The translations under genes were made by a program, and so were the position numbers. This document shows, in pieces, positions 26,070-39,399 of a DNA stretch of 64,000 nt. Source of the DNA: Antedon mediterranea (Eukaryota; Animalia; Echinodermata); contig NC_092675.1 of NCBI RefSeq assembly GCF_964355755.1, forward strand, positions 23,656,912 to 23,720,911, in the 5' to 3' direction. The notes under the pieces are model-generated. The model had not been told where the DNA came from and searched no databases. It saw nothing but the letters and a program-made list of their open reading frames with translations. Every line of letters starts with the position of its first letter. Within the stretch, counting starts at the first letter, position 1.

Positions 26070-29000
26070 CTACATTTGGCATTCCAAAACTTCATAATAC
26101 TCTTCGTCGTGCTTTAGCTCTTCGTAATCGTTTGAAGCATTTGACAGTCCTTTACTAAGTTTATCCCTCAGAGAAGATAATGAAGATTTTCGACGTTGAT
26201 TGTTTTTCGCTACAAAACTTGGTTGATGAGCCAACCCATTGTCGTCTGCGTTCCTGACAACGTCAGGCATTGTTGCATACTCTGATAACTGTGAATATGT
26301 TTGATCTGCTGGTGATAGGGTAAAATATACAGGTGACACCGGGGAGTCGGTGTTAGTTAAATTGTGATTAATTGGTGAATTTCGAGATAAACTGCAGTCT
26401 GGTATGTCATCCACATCTTCGTATGTTGCGTCAATATTAACACTGTGTCTATATGGCTGTTCTTCTTTAGCTTCTTTTGGTAAGGATGGTAGACGTGGCA
26501 ACGACTTACCACGTTCTATGGGTGTCATTCGTTGTTGAAATTGTATTCCTTGTTGTGTCTTCGGGGTGCTTGTAAGATCTATGGCACCTAATTCAGCAGA
26601 ATTGTTCAAACCACCCTCTTTAGGTTTGGTTAGTGTCATATAACCTGATGTTGTCATCAGTCCGGATTTTGATTCTTGAAAACGTTTGCGTTTAGTTTCA
26701 GCAGCAACTATTTCCACTTGCACTTTCTTCTTGCGACGATTTCTGAGAAATAAAATACAGAGTTCATGATTAAAAGATTTATATCATTGTTTTTGATAAC
26801 TATAATTAAATTCGTCAAAGTTACTATATTATTTTGGAAACAAACGAAAGTTTGTCAGATTATTTTAAACTGTATTACAGTTTACACTGGTTTTCTCTTC
26901 CTCAATTAACGTATTGATAACAGTTCAAAACTCAATCCAAATCGTCTCTTGGTTTCAAAGTGTAATTTGTTCAGGAAATGTAACTGTTTAGTTTACGGTA
27001 TACAATACGTGACTTAAAAAACTATACCAACCTTCTAAGTAAGCAACAGTGAATTATAACGCTCATAATGATAATGAAAACCAAACCAATGATTATTCCA
27101 ATTAAAATCACAATCAAGCTGTCATTGTCTGAAAAATATAATACAAATTATACATTCATTATTAAAATTTAATTTTGGAATATACTGATTGGCAGTAGGC
27201 CTACTGTATTTTTTAAAGATATCATCATGTTCTTTTTATTTGTAATTGTAATTACTATATATGTTGTACTCATATGTATCATCAAGGAATGAAAATGAAA
27301 TGAAAATTGTTTTCGTTGAAGCTCTACTGATGAAATGTATATCACGGAACCATAGTGAGAATAATTTGAATACAATTTGAGTTTATTGGTTCACGTATTG
27401 ACTAAGGTCAAATTATACCGTATAGACTTATATGCTTACTGTATAGTTTTCAGCAATACATCTCAAAGATGTATTGTCTCCCAGCTGAAAAAATAATTCT
27501 TAAACATTTTTTTTGTTAATCCACTTTCACCAAAAATTGGATCGAAAAAATGTAATTTAAAGAAAAAAATAGTCAAATTGGCTGCCAGCCAATAGATTTT
27601 TGGTTGAATTATAACCATTTTTTTTCTATGAAAGTGATTAACTTTATTAAAATTACAAAATAATATATTAAAAGTCTGATTTAATTAATCTTAATTTTTC
27701 AAGTTTTTGGGAGACAATAAATCTTTAACTTAACTGTCATAAATAAATGTTTTAAGCTTAGTCAATGTGCAATGTGTATTCTATAAGGAATTCCTGGTGA
27801 TTTGAAGTCTACTATTTGTGTAACATTCTGTAAAGAAATGATGGAATGATTGCAATATTATTATTAAACTCTGTAAAGTAGTATTTTGATATCATTCTCA
27901 CTTAAAGTTTGAGACAACTGATACAATTTTAGGCACGCGTGTGTTTTTTTTCCAAACCATTGTAACATGTCTGATGTCGGAAAGGCGGTAGATTACAAGT
28001 AGGTTGTTCACATTGTGTTTCCTTTGTTTACTCTGCTGGGACGACAACAACTATTACGACAATAGTGGGTTTTATATTGGATACAATAAGGCAATAGACC
28101 TTGCGATTGTGGGTTTATGAAATGATCCACTTTCTTTCAGACAATTAATTTATTCACCATCTGGTATAAATATCCCATGGCATCAGTCAAGTAGTTTTCA
28201 GTTTTTAATACTTTAGTAAGAAAGAAATGATACACTTAATAAGTTAATTAACCCACAGCATTGTCATCTTTTTTCAGTTATTTGCCTTTGGATTTATATA
28301 TATTTGTATATATATATTTATATATTCTTTGCCTGATTTGTTTATATATAAATATTGTATATTTATATATATATATATGTAACTGAAAATAGTTTATATG
28401 GGCTATATATTTATATTATATTTCCTCATCTTTATCGTTTCAAATTAATTAATTAATATTTCAGTATATCGCCGGGCTGTTTAGAATTAATGTTTATTGT
28501 CTGATGAGTTTGTGTGTATGTATGTATGTATATGTGTATATATACATATATATAGGTGTGTGTGTACATATATGCATATATATACAAATAAATAAAATAA
28601 TTAATTAATGTTAATGTTCTTTGCCTGATTTGTTTATATATATAAATATGTATATTTATATATGTGTGTAACTAAAAATAGTCTATAGTATAGGCTATAT
28701 ATTTATATTATATTTCCTCATCTTTATCGTTTCAAATTAATTAATTAAAATTTCAGTATATCACCGGGCGGTTTAGAACTAATGTTTTTTGCCTGTCGTG
28801 TTTATATATTATATTAATGAAATGTATTATTTGTAACTTGTACTTACTTTTTTTAATACCTTATTCATTTGTTTTATTATTGAATGAAAGAAAGAAAATA
28901 AATGTTTACGTTGAGTTGAATTACCGGTGATTTATTTTTAAATATTTGTCTTGTGTTAGTTACAAGGGACCGTGTCTACAAGTAGTGTTAGTTAAAAGGG

Positions 29001-32000
29001 ACCGTGTCTACAAGTTGTGTTAGTGAAAAGGGACCATCTACAAGTAGTGTTAGTTAAAAGGGACCATCTACAAGTAGTGTTTGTTAAAAAGGACCGTGTC
29101 TACAAGTAGTGTTAGTTAAAAGGGACCATCTACCAATAGTGTTAGTTGAGAGGGACAGTCTACAAGTAGTGTTAGTTAAGAGGGACCATCTAGTGTTAGT
29201 TAAAAGGGACCATCTACAAGTAGTGTTAGTGAAAAGGGACCATATACAAGCAGTGTTAGTTAAATGGGACCATCTACAAGTAGTGTTAATTAAAAGGGAC
29301 CATCTACAGGTAGTATTAGTTAAGAGGGACAATCTAAAAGTAGTATTAGTTAAAAGGGATCATCTACAATTAGTTAGTTAAAAGGGACCATCTACATGTA
29401 GTGTTAGTTAAGAGAGACCATCTACTAGTGTTAGTTAAAGGGTCCATCCACAAGTAGTGTTAGTTAAAAGGGACAACCTACAATTATTGTTATTTAAAAT
29501 AAGAATTTTGTTCATTGAAAATCACTTTTTTATCGGATTGAATGCCTTTTTGTAAACTTTCTTTCAGAACTGGTCACTAAAATATCAACTTGATCATCAA
29601 CGTTCAAACCACCTGAAATCATGCCTATAAGGCCTCATTATTCGACTTTCTGGGTGTAACAATTTTAGTGATTTATTGAGCAGAGAACACAGAAGTAACA
29701 TTTGGTTTAATTATTCTTATAAATATGATATACTGCTTGATTCGGTATTCGGAAATGATATGCGTTTTGTTGGTAGGCGGTCAAGGGTATATTGTCACAA
29801 CAAAGAAGTGGGATTTACCAGTTTGACGTCATCAACTAATTCACTCACTTCAAAGTTCATAATATTACTATTTCTATTGATAACATAGTAAATACCGCAT
29901 TCAACAAAAGAGATATTGATTTTAAATGTTACAATGATAATTTACATAAAGGTTTTACTTTAATGTGTATGTATTTGTTTTTTAAAATTACGTTTTTAGG
30001 GATTTATTGCTGTTTGACTCTTTGATTTTTGACTTTGATTCTTTCCACTGACTAAGATTTAGAGTTCATCTATGCCTGTAAATCTAAAAGGTAGAATGAA
30101 TTTGATCTCATGTGGATTTCGATCAGAGTGTCTGATCAAATTTACGTGTTCTTGGGATAGTGTAGGCGACCTACCATTAACCTAACCAACACCGTCAATC
30201 TTAATCAGTCCAGGATTTTTACAAAACTGGGTACCCTGGTATGTGTTTAGAGGTAATAGGGGCTACCTACATCTTTCGAAGATCACGATAACAGGGTAAA
30301 TATACCTTTGGTTGTTGAATCTGGGAAATTTGTAGTTACAGCGGAGCTATTTTGTGACGTCAGTGATGAAATTCGTTCTTTAGTTAAAGATGGATCAGCA
30401 GTTATCGGTGATTGTGTTGTTGGTCCTTCAGTCACTAATTTAAAAAAATACAGTTTTTAATTAACAAAATTTTAAAGAAAAACAAACAGAATTGAAAATA
30501 AGAAAATGATTTACTTTTTTACGTGGATTGAAAATGAGAACTATAAATCTTTCCAGGTTTTTAAGCTTATTAATTTAGTATAGTAGTGGTACTGGGCACG
30601 AGAAGAATTACTAGGGTCGACAATCAGCAGGTACCATGTATTAATTAAACTTAATAGACATTAACGGGTTTTGTTTTAAATTTTAACTATTTTATTGATA
30701 TTATTCATTATTAGACATTGATGAATTTAAACGTTTTCTTGCTGAATATAACATAAAGTCGTACAATGTCAAGCTACCCTAATTATTTATACAATACTTA
30801 CAAACATGACCACTTCGAACAACAATATCATCAAGGGCTACACCACAATTACTACCGTTTACGGTTGCTTCAAAATATATCTGTCGAAAAAAATGTCAGT
30901 GTTTGAAGTATTTGAATAATTACATATATGAATACAAAGTATATAAATGCGACCAAAAAGCTTTATTATCAAGTTAGGCCCTATTTAGTAGAAATAATTA
31001 AATACTCGTCTCACTAAGACCCGGAACAAAAGACCCAATACAAAACAATAATTTATTATTATAAGGCCTATTATCGGTGAAATTATAGAAAACAAAGTCT
31101 TTAAACATTTGGAAATGTGTAACTCTTTTCCACAAGAAAAAAATAATTGTAGTTTTCAAAACAAAAAGGAATAGTCTAACTTAAAATAAGTTTAAACACA
31201 AGATACATTTTACTTTTAAAATATAACGAACTGTCTATTTTTACAATTAAAATAAATGTATATATTGAAATAAATTAATAATACACACATTGTTTTCTTA
31301 ATAATTAATGTTTGTGTCAAAATGTTCAATGTGGAATATTTATCTAACGACAGGTCTACAGAATAACGGAAAGGGAATCTCGTCTCTGTCTCTCATAGAG
31401 TATTCTATGAATGTTGCTGAGGGCAAAACACCCTGACAAAAATAACGTCATAGTGTGCAAATACAATATCTGGTAATGTTTAGTCTAAGAGCATTGTGTA
31501 TCCGGCGATGGATAATTTTAACGGCTATGTTGTGGTGAACTGTATGACATATCACAACAATAATTATATTGGCATTCATGTTAATGACTCCGATTTGCGA
31601 GTGTTGTGCTTTGTTTCCAAAGTATCCACGTATTTCTACCAGAATAAATAATGTTAACAAATTTTTTATGATTGTTTACTTTCATCAATTTTTATCATTA
31701 AAAGTCAATGTATAAATATAGTTAGGGTTATTTGAGTTTATTCCGGCCAACGGTCGACTTTATTTCGCCTTCTTAGGCATATTTATTTTGCATCAACAAA
31801 ATATTAATACATTCTTAAACAAAAACAAAATATCTTAAAGAAAGAATGAGTCTATAACATGTGGCATGCTGATTTTCTTTCTGTATTGTGTACAACAATG
31901 GACAGACAAAAAATAGTTGATAGATCTTTCACCCTACAAATTCCTAAGCATTAATATAGTTTAATCAGTATCTAGCGACCAAACACATTTTATATGCTTA

Positions 32001-34382
32001 AAGATGTTCAGATGTTCACTATAATTTTATATTTGTGTCTTTTAATTTGGCCAAAGAAAAAACTGCATATTCAAGAGTAGTTCATCTTGTGCATCAATAC
32101 ATATAATACAGGTGGTTAAATATTTTAAGTATTTCAACAATACACGCTTGCATACCTTCTCACCTTGATTGAGCTATGCATATCATAGCAACATATATCT
32201 TTTTTAGGTATACCTCAACTATTAGATTTATGATACTGATTAAATTAAAGAAAAGATGATATCATGTTTGAATAAAATCAAGAACTCTTTACATGGATAT
32301 GGTCATCATTTAAAAACTCACTTACCTTAAATGATTCCTGACAATTCAAATATATATTTGTTGTGATCCACCTATCAAGCTTATCGCCCGTTCTTTTCCA
32401 TATTGCCCTTGTTTCATTTCCACAAGCAAATACTTTTAGTTTGGGATACTCAAGTTGAACAGGTTCGTTTAGATCCCACATGTAATAGGAAAAGGTCAAT
32501 GTACCCTTTCCTGATGGTAGCTCTAACTCTGGTATATTTGCTATTGATGTGTAAACACCGCTTTCCCGGTTCCAAGAATGCAGCACTATAAATAAACCTG
32601 TAAAATAGATCTTAACTTAGTACAATTCACAAGGCATGAATAATAATAATAATAATAATAAATAACATTTATAAAGCGCAAGAGACAAAGGTTTCAAAGC
32701 ACTGTGTTTTCCAAGATCTGTGCAAGTAGTAGCGTGTGATTATGCTTCTCTGAAGAGATGAGTTTTGAGTTTAGTTTTAAATGTGATTACAGATTTTGAT
32801 GAGCGTATTTCGAGGGGTAGAGTGTTCCAGAGTTTTGGGGCTGCGACAGCGAAAGCACGATCACCGTAAAACCGAGTTCTGGAACGGGGTCCAGGTTTTA
32901 GAAGAAGTCTGCTGGATGAACGAAGCGAAAATGTCATTTGAATTTCGTAGTAAATATAGGTTGTTTGATTGTTATTTATAACACACATGAGTGACTATCT
33001 GACTAATTTCGTATCACGTGGTGTTCAGTATAGTTTCGTAGTAAATGTACATAAACACACTTCTGTGTTAGGCTATTGGTCCATGGTTTTCTCTTGCGCT
33101 ATTTGCCAACTTTTTAATAAAAATTTAAATAAAATGAATTTCTATGTCACGGTAAAAGCTCTATTTTATGGTTTTATGAAAAAAACGTTATGTTAGTGAC
33201 TGTAACTTAATTGTAAGGTACCGGAAATATGCCTAAGAAGTTGTACTGATTTTATTTACCTTTGACATCCGAATTATCTCTGATTGGTGGTTGTTTGTTA
33301 AATTGTGTAAGTGACCAGTGCAACACAGATGCAGTTCGTACGTCGATTTTAATTTCGCATTGTGTGATATTTTGTAGGTTGCATTCGTATAATACTAAAA
33401 AAAAAAACAAACAACATGATTATAACATTCAAAGAAAAACTCGTATAGTCGATATGAGAATATAAAAAGAACACAAGAAAATAAATGTGTAGGCTACTTT
33501 AGCCTATTAATAAAATTAAACTAAACCTTAATTAATTATCTTAGATATATCAATTACATACAAGAAACAGAGTACTTAATTCAAACTTTAAAAAATGCAA
33601 AATGAAACAGCCGGTGTCCAAGGGGAAATTATTGAATTCTAAAATTCTAAAATGTTTATTAGGCATATACTAATAATAGTATGAAATAATATGGTCCGGG
33701 GCGAATTGTATCGTAGGGGCGTAATTGTGAATAATAACATAGATATCCTCGCAAACAAAACAACAAAATGGTCAACATGATGATTCAGTCAGGCAAATTG
33801 AAAACATCGAGTGAAATAGCATAGCATCTGACCACAGGTGTAGACCACCAAGGATTTAATAATATTATTATTACAGTATAGGCTATGTTGTTGATGAATA
33901 TCACCAAGAAATTTCATGATATCAAGGGAAAGACGTTAGACCTTCTACAAATAAATAATTTTAATTATTTGATTACCTCCCTTCTGCGGGTTACAACGTC
34001 CGGTTCTGATTTGTATTGTAGGGTTTATTTGAAAAATACTCAGTTATATCAAATTTGATTTACAATGATTTTGAAATATAGGCCTATATTTTTATATTTC
34101 ATAGGCCTAAATAAAACAAGATGGATTCTATAATATTAATTAGTTTCCTAACCACGTTCAAATGCTGAAGCTGACGGGTTGTATGTATAAATTAAAATGT
34201 TTCCTGTTTGAAGCAAATTGTATTAGATAAAAATATCCGAGTTTAACACTACAAAGTTGATAAAATAATAAGATAGCCTACTCACCCGATCCATATGTAT
34301 TTATTATTGCAGTAGTTTTATCACAATTTACCTGAAGATAAATACTGGAAATTATTAACACAGCAAACACAAATATGTTCAT
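26070..34382 (-). CDS. MAM-domain single-pass membrane receptor C, about 493 aa: signal peptide, MAM, Ser/Thr stalk, TM, tyrosine-motif (ITAM-like) tail
   Basis: Exons 34286-34382 (MNIFVFAVLIISSIYLQVNC signal), 33260-33394 (YECNLQNITQC..W..PPIRD), 32326-32597 (GLFIVL..LTFSYYMW..IWKRTGDKLDRW), 30802-30880 (IYFEAT..VALDDIVV), 30306-30434 (T/S-rich stalk), 27032-27128 (TM LIVILIGIIIGLVFIIIMSVIIHCC), 26070-26742 (cytoplasmic tail). All phases join in frame; extra small stalk exons between 27128 and 30306 cannot be excluded. Confidence 0.88.
27463..27728. mobile_element. MITE with TTAA-like flanks (Kolobok-like)
   Basis: TCAA|AGATGTATTGTCTCCCA ... TGGGAGACAATAAATCT|TTAA; an internal segment recurs reversed at about 46724-46830. 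Confidence 0.72.
28325..28790. repeat. Local direct duplication of about 170 bp (28325-28497 and 28617-28788) among AT/GT microsatellites
   Basis: Both copies run TTCTTTGCCTGATTTGTTTATA..TTTCCTCATCTTTATCGTTTCAAATTAATT..CAGTATATCRCCGGGC..GTTTAGAA. Confidence 0.85.
28952..29485. repeat. 30-bp minisatellite in an intron of receptor C
   Basis: Unit CTACAAGTAGTGTTAGTTAAAAGGGACCAT, about 18 copies, including 31-bp and shortened variants. Confidence 0.95.
32639..32930 (-). mobile_element. 5'-truncated L2/CR1-group LINE 3' end
   Basis: ORF2-like C-terminus LRSSSRLLL..RTRFYGDRAFAVAAPKLWNTLPLEIRSSKSVITFKTKLKTHLF, then a 3' UTR GCGCTTTATAAAATG and a (TTA)n tail. Confidence 0.9.
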
Positions 34383-34989
34383 TTCAATCGAGTTCTTTAA
34401 CAACAGAATGATATATTGTCGTAAAATAATAATAATCCGTGAATGATCGTTTGTAGTCGCTAATCTTACTGCTTAATATTTAACAACGACAGTACGTCAC
34501 ACGCTTCTAATCCATCAAGACCATGAACTTCACTCCTCCTCTCATTTGCATATTGCCATATATGGTAGTTACGACGGATTACTCAGCATGGCAGAAGCTG
34601 CAATACTTCTGGCGATGGTGTGCGATTTCATTTTCTTGACTCAATTATCACCCATAAAAACTCCAATCAAAAAACAAAACGATTTCGTTACCATTTCCAA
34701 GTTTACGAGTTTTTTTCGTCATCAAATACGCCGTAAGACCGTTAACCGCTTGTCAGACAAAGAGTCACGTAATCTCATGCGATAAAAGATATGCCAAATG
34801 GGAGTTGGGAAAGACGTAAGTACAACAATTGTATTATTAATACAAACTAATATACTTTTATTTCAAGGACATGTTTGAATGTAAATACTTTCGTTGTTGG
34901 TAGCTTAATTTCATATTAAATCGTTTCGAACACCGTCACTCCTTTAAATATATTCATACACCAATCTTGTAATACATACTCATGTATGT

Positions 34990-35099
34990 TAGCTCACTAT
35001 TTCGTTCGTTCGATTGGTAGGTCGGTCGGTTTGTCGGTCGATCGGTAAACACTAACTCAAATTTGAGCACGCGACTGCAGTCATGTATATGGCCTTGTT
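34990..35099 (+). mobile_element. DINE-1/Helentron-like short repeat, copy 2 (5'-truncated)
   Basis: AGCTCACTATTTCG..GGTCGGTCGG..GGTAAACACTA..CACGCGACTGCAG..CATGTATATGGCCTTGTT matches 15241-15345. Confidence 0.72.
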
Positions 35100-35627
35100 G
35101 TTATTAATATAATATATTATCCGAATTAAATAATTATTTTTTCAAGGGTAACCCACCACCGGGCGAGTTAGCTGATATTCCATAATTTATTATACAATAA
35201 ACAATAACATACAGCCCGTATCATTATCTCCTACACACTAGTCTAAATGGTTAATACACCGTCATAATATAATTGATATAAAGACAAATCTGATAATATA
35301 TAATTAAAAAGGGCCTATAAATTAAACGATTTTGTTAAATTTCTGTTTGTAAGTTTTTTTTATATGGATGAAATATTTCCGAAATAAAATAAATTGAATT
35401 GAAATTGAAATGATGACCTGAGAAGATTGTTACTTAAAAATCAGAGCAAAACACAATCATGCATAATTAAAAGAGAATGAGATATGTTTCTTATTTATCC
35501 TGTCACAGTATATCAGAGACGGTTGCTTTCTGTGGAAAACATCAACACATAATATTATTTTTACAAACGCCTGCGACATTGCAGCAACGTAAAAGTTGGT
35601 TAATTGTTATGTTAGTTCATTTTTATA

Positions 35628-35919
35628 CTGGGTGACCTCTTCAGTCAAAGACTGATCTCCCAGAGGGCCCAGTTGGTGATCAGTGGCTGTGATGTACTAA
35701 TACACCGGGGTAACCCACTACTCGTCTCGAAAGATATACTAGGTTCTTTAAAGTGCACACAAGCTAGTTGTGTACACTGGACCTACGGTTTATAGTCCTT
35801 ATCCGAGAAGACTCGTTCTACCACCAGAATCATGGAGTGAGTGAGCCTCAAACCCTTGCCGATGTTATGGCTACGTAATTACGGTTCCACTGTCTTAACC
35901 GCTCGGCCACTCACTCACT
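35628..35919 (-). mobile_element. tRNA-derived SINE with Deu/Nin-like core, copy 2
   Basis: Reverse complement closely matches 4023-4265 (head and core) but has a different 3' tail. Confidence 0.88.
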
Positions 35920-36309
35920 CAGCAGATTGCTGATAATATACGTCCAACCGTCGTATTACTAAAGTCCTTCAATACAAATATTGATACTTTAACAATTAAT
36001 AAATAAAATAATAAAAGCACTCGAAAACTGAGTGAAGTACTTTTGGCATACATAAGATTTCCCTCGAATATTTATATATTTTTTTATTTTTGTGTCTTAA
36101 TGACCATGGCATTTTAAATAAAAAAAAATTTTTTTGGGCCTATTTAGTATAATTTCCTTTACAAATTAATGTTCTATAATAATTATAATATTCCTAATTT
36201 TCTAAGAAAAATTGAGGGCGCTAAACATATAATTTACGAGATCAAAGGAGGTGGCCATACAAAAGATGTTGAGGCCCTACCACAGCCTTCGGGTCGTTTC
36301 CACGACATC

Positions 36310-36378
36310 AGATGCATTGATGGATTCGAACCCACGACATTTATTAACACGACGCACAGTCGACTGAGCTAACTGGTC
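36310..36378 (-). mobile_element. tRNA-like SINE head or tRNA pseudogene
   Basis: Minus strand GACCAGTTAGCTCAGTCG (A box) .. GTCGTGGGTTCGAATCC (B box); stems degraded, so not called a functional tRNA. Confidence 0.6.
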
Positions 36379-39300
36379 ATCTTGTTTAAAAAAAGTGTAA
36401 TACAAGCTTCGTTCCCTCAAGATGACGTTCATGAATATACATATTTATGCCGCCCATGAATTACGTAATATGCCTATTATGAATTACGTAATAGGCCTAT
36501 GAATCACGTAGGCCTATACATTGTCATCATCATTTGAAAAGAGATATTTAGAGTGTTAAATTAGGAAATAGGTAAGCTATCTTTGCGGGTACTGTCACAC
36601 AAATTTGGAAAAAATAGAGCTGCTAGGTCCACATAAATTGGATGCACTTGTAAAATAATCGTAGGCCTACTAGCTACCTAGCTTGAATTGTTTACTTACT
36701 GCGTACTGCGAAGACCTGAACTCCGAAGAGAGCGAGCTGATCATTAGAATAGCGTCACGCTCTGGAATGCATAATTTGCATAAATCACATGTGAGAAATG
36801 GTCGATTTTTGGATTGACTACTTTATGATGACTACTATATGATTTGGGAAAGCAATGGAGAAAAAAAGAGTTTCATACAACTACAGTATTTTTAAACGCT
36901 TCCAGTGGCGGATTCTGGATTTTCAAATAGGAAAAATAGGTTGGAAAAGTAGATTAGATTTTTAATTCTGAAAATCTAAAATGAAACACAAAACACAAAC
37001 ACTGAATTTTTTAAAGTTTATTAAACACAATGGACATGATGTTTATAGCAAAAATAAGTTAAAAAAACAAAAATTAATATTCCTTAAAACATTGCTTACA
37101 CAACCTTAAAATAATATGTTAATAAAGTATCTTGTTTCATGATAACATCCTGTATTAATAACGTATACTTTACACTTTTACCTGCATGTCTAGCCAATAG
37201 ATTTCCAATAATGAGTTCAATGGTGCAAATTATGAGCTGAAAATAGAACATTTTATCTTTCACCAAATTGTATTGATTGAATGGTTTCGATACAATGGGA
37301 AACACAGATACGAGTGTGTAACAAGAAGGACCGCGTACAAATTAAAAGGAGCATATAACGAGATTTAACGAGCATATCAAGAAAGGGCTCAATGTATAGT
37401 AGTTATTGAATATCATGTGACCCACAATCCTCCAATCAAATGACAAAAATCCAACCAGGTGTTCTGTAAATACAGTATAACATCATTTTCAGGGGGAATT
37501 AATCATTTGTTCATTATTAGTACAGCCAATTGTAGATTACTTATACGATTCAAAGATCTTTATATTTGTTGGTGATTAGGACTTTGTAAATATTATACTG
37601 TAATAATTTAATTTTAAATTTAAATTGAATCTGTAAATACTTTAAATCGCTGATTTCATACCGCATATCATATCTAGAATATGAAATATCAAATATCATT
37701 GAACTAGCAAAAACGTTAATAGTGTAATGAAACCGGTGGTAATAACCTAGATATGAATGAATGTCTTTAATATTAAAAATGTATAGGCTACATAATATAA
37801 ATGAAGTGAACAAAAATAGATACTGCACAGTGTGCATTTTTATGAAACCATGCTGACTTTTATGTCGGTTAAAAAAAAAAACATTGTCCCGTATTGTCCA
37901 CGACAAAAGCCCAAAATGTGGTCAACGTTTTACAGTTGGTCTGTTTCTGTTTAAAATAAAGTTTTAAATACTTAATCCAACATTACCTTATATAATTTTT
38001 TTTTTTTAATTAAATAAATGTTTAGGCCTACAGAATAATACACACGTAGATGAATGGCGTCGGTGGTGAGATGTATGTTATTACCACAAGAAAAGAAAAA
38101 AAAAACTCTACTCTAAATAAAGACGGGCTTGTAACTATACATTAAATATAGCATTGTGTATACATAAATCAATATGACTCAATCATAATTATACATTTTA
38201 GGAATCATAAATATTTTGTTTTCCTTTTTTTTTTTAGAGACGACAATACGATCCAGGACGCACTTTTTGTCACGGTACTTTCTTAGGAAGAAATAATACA
38301 TGGTATTAATTATTTTTCTATTTTCCTAAATAAATCTTAACAATAAACTGAATCTATCACTGCATTCTGAATAATCTCTTCCAGTGACCTGAATTCTATA
38401 CCATTAAGCCACACAGATGACATGCAGAAGATTGTTAGCACAACCTATTTGATTCTGTCCGTGCTTATTAGCGCCCTCTATAATGTTCTAACTTATGCCA
38501 AAATCTCATTAATTATTTCTGACTCAGACGTCAAGAAAATAAAATCTCGCACCGGCGAAGCTGACTGTCATGTAACAAAATGATCTTTTTAAAACCATCA
38601 CCACTATTAGACATTTATTTTAATTTCAGTGTTTGAACAATTATTACTGCTCCAAATTACAGATAATAGGCCTACAACAAAAAATGTTGTTCATTATGTC
38701 CTATTTTATGAATGTTTTGTTGTTATTCATAAACATTAAGCACCCTAGTTATTGGACAAGGCGTATATATGTATGGCAAACTGCCGAAAACAGGCTATAC
38801 TGTGAACTAAACAGTTTTATTTTTATGTAAAAAACACTGTACATGTGATATTGATGAAATTCATCAAAGTCAGTGTACGCTAAGTAAATACATTAAAGTA
38901 TGCATAGCGAAAAAGGTTAAACCATTACAATATTAAATGTTGTATTACTGACTATATATTGATAACATGTGAATGTTTTTTAAAGATACAGCTACGATTT
39001 AATTGCAAGGTTCAATGGCTTATGATAATGAAAACCGGCTCATCTGATTGGACACCAGCATGAGTTTGTCGGCTCAATGTCATCTTGAACTCGTCCTCAA
39101 TCTCGAAATTCCTACGCTCAGATAAAAATCATAATGTAATATAGGATTGTCATGTATGTAGGTAATCAGGATAACATGTTACAGTTATGTAAAATATCAC
39201 TAATAGTACTTGCCGTTCGCTTGCGTCTGTTACATTAGCATTAACTTGCTGCTCCACGATAGCCATGTGTACACATAATACAACTATTCTTTGTGCCTAA

Positions 39301-39399
39301 CAAATGACAAGCTACGAAGCCATTTCTTGCTGCTGACGTCAATTGTTATGTTTTGCTTCCTACCAGGAATTTCATATTCCCCATAACATACATATCATC

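Noticed and set aside
26070-26084. CaaX prenylation signal at the receptor C terminus (ECQM)
   Set aside because: Cys is third from the end, not fourth.
28952-29485. Repetitive ORFs 29084-29332 (-) and 29109-29381 (+), and a superficially CRISPR-like array
   Set aside because: Head-to-tail 30-bp minisatellite with no unique spacers; 31-bp units break the frame; no splice sites link it to receptor C; eukaryotic context.
29990-30085. Possible extra stalk exon of receptor C
   Set aside because: Candidate acceptors give in-frame stops in the required phase.
36310-36378. Functional tRNA gene
   Set aside because: A and B boxes are present but the cloverleaf stems are broken; treated as a SINE head or pseudogene.
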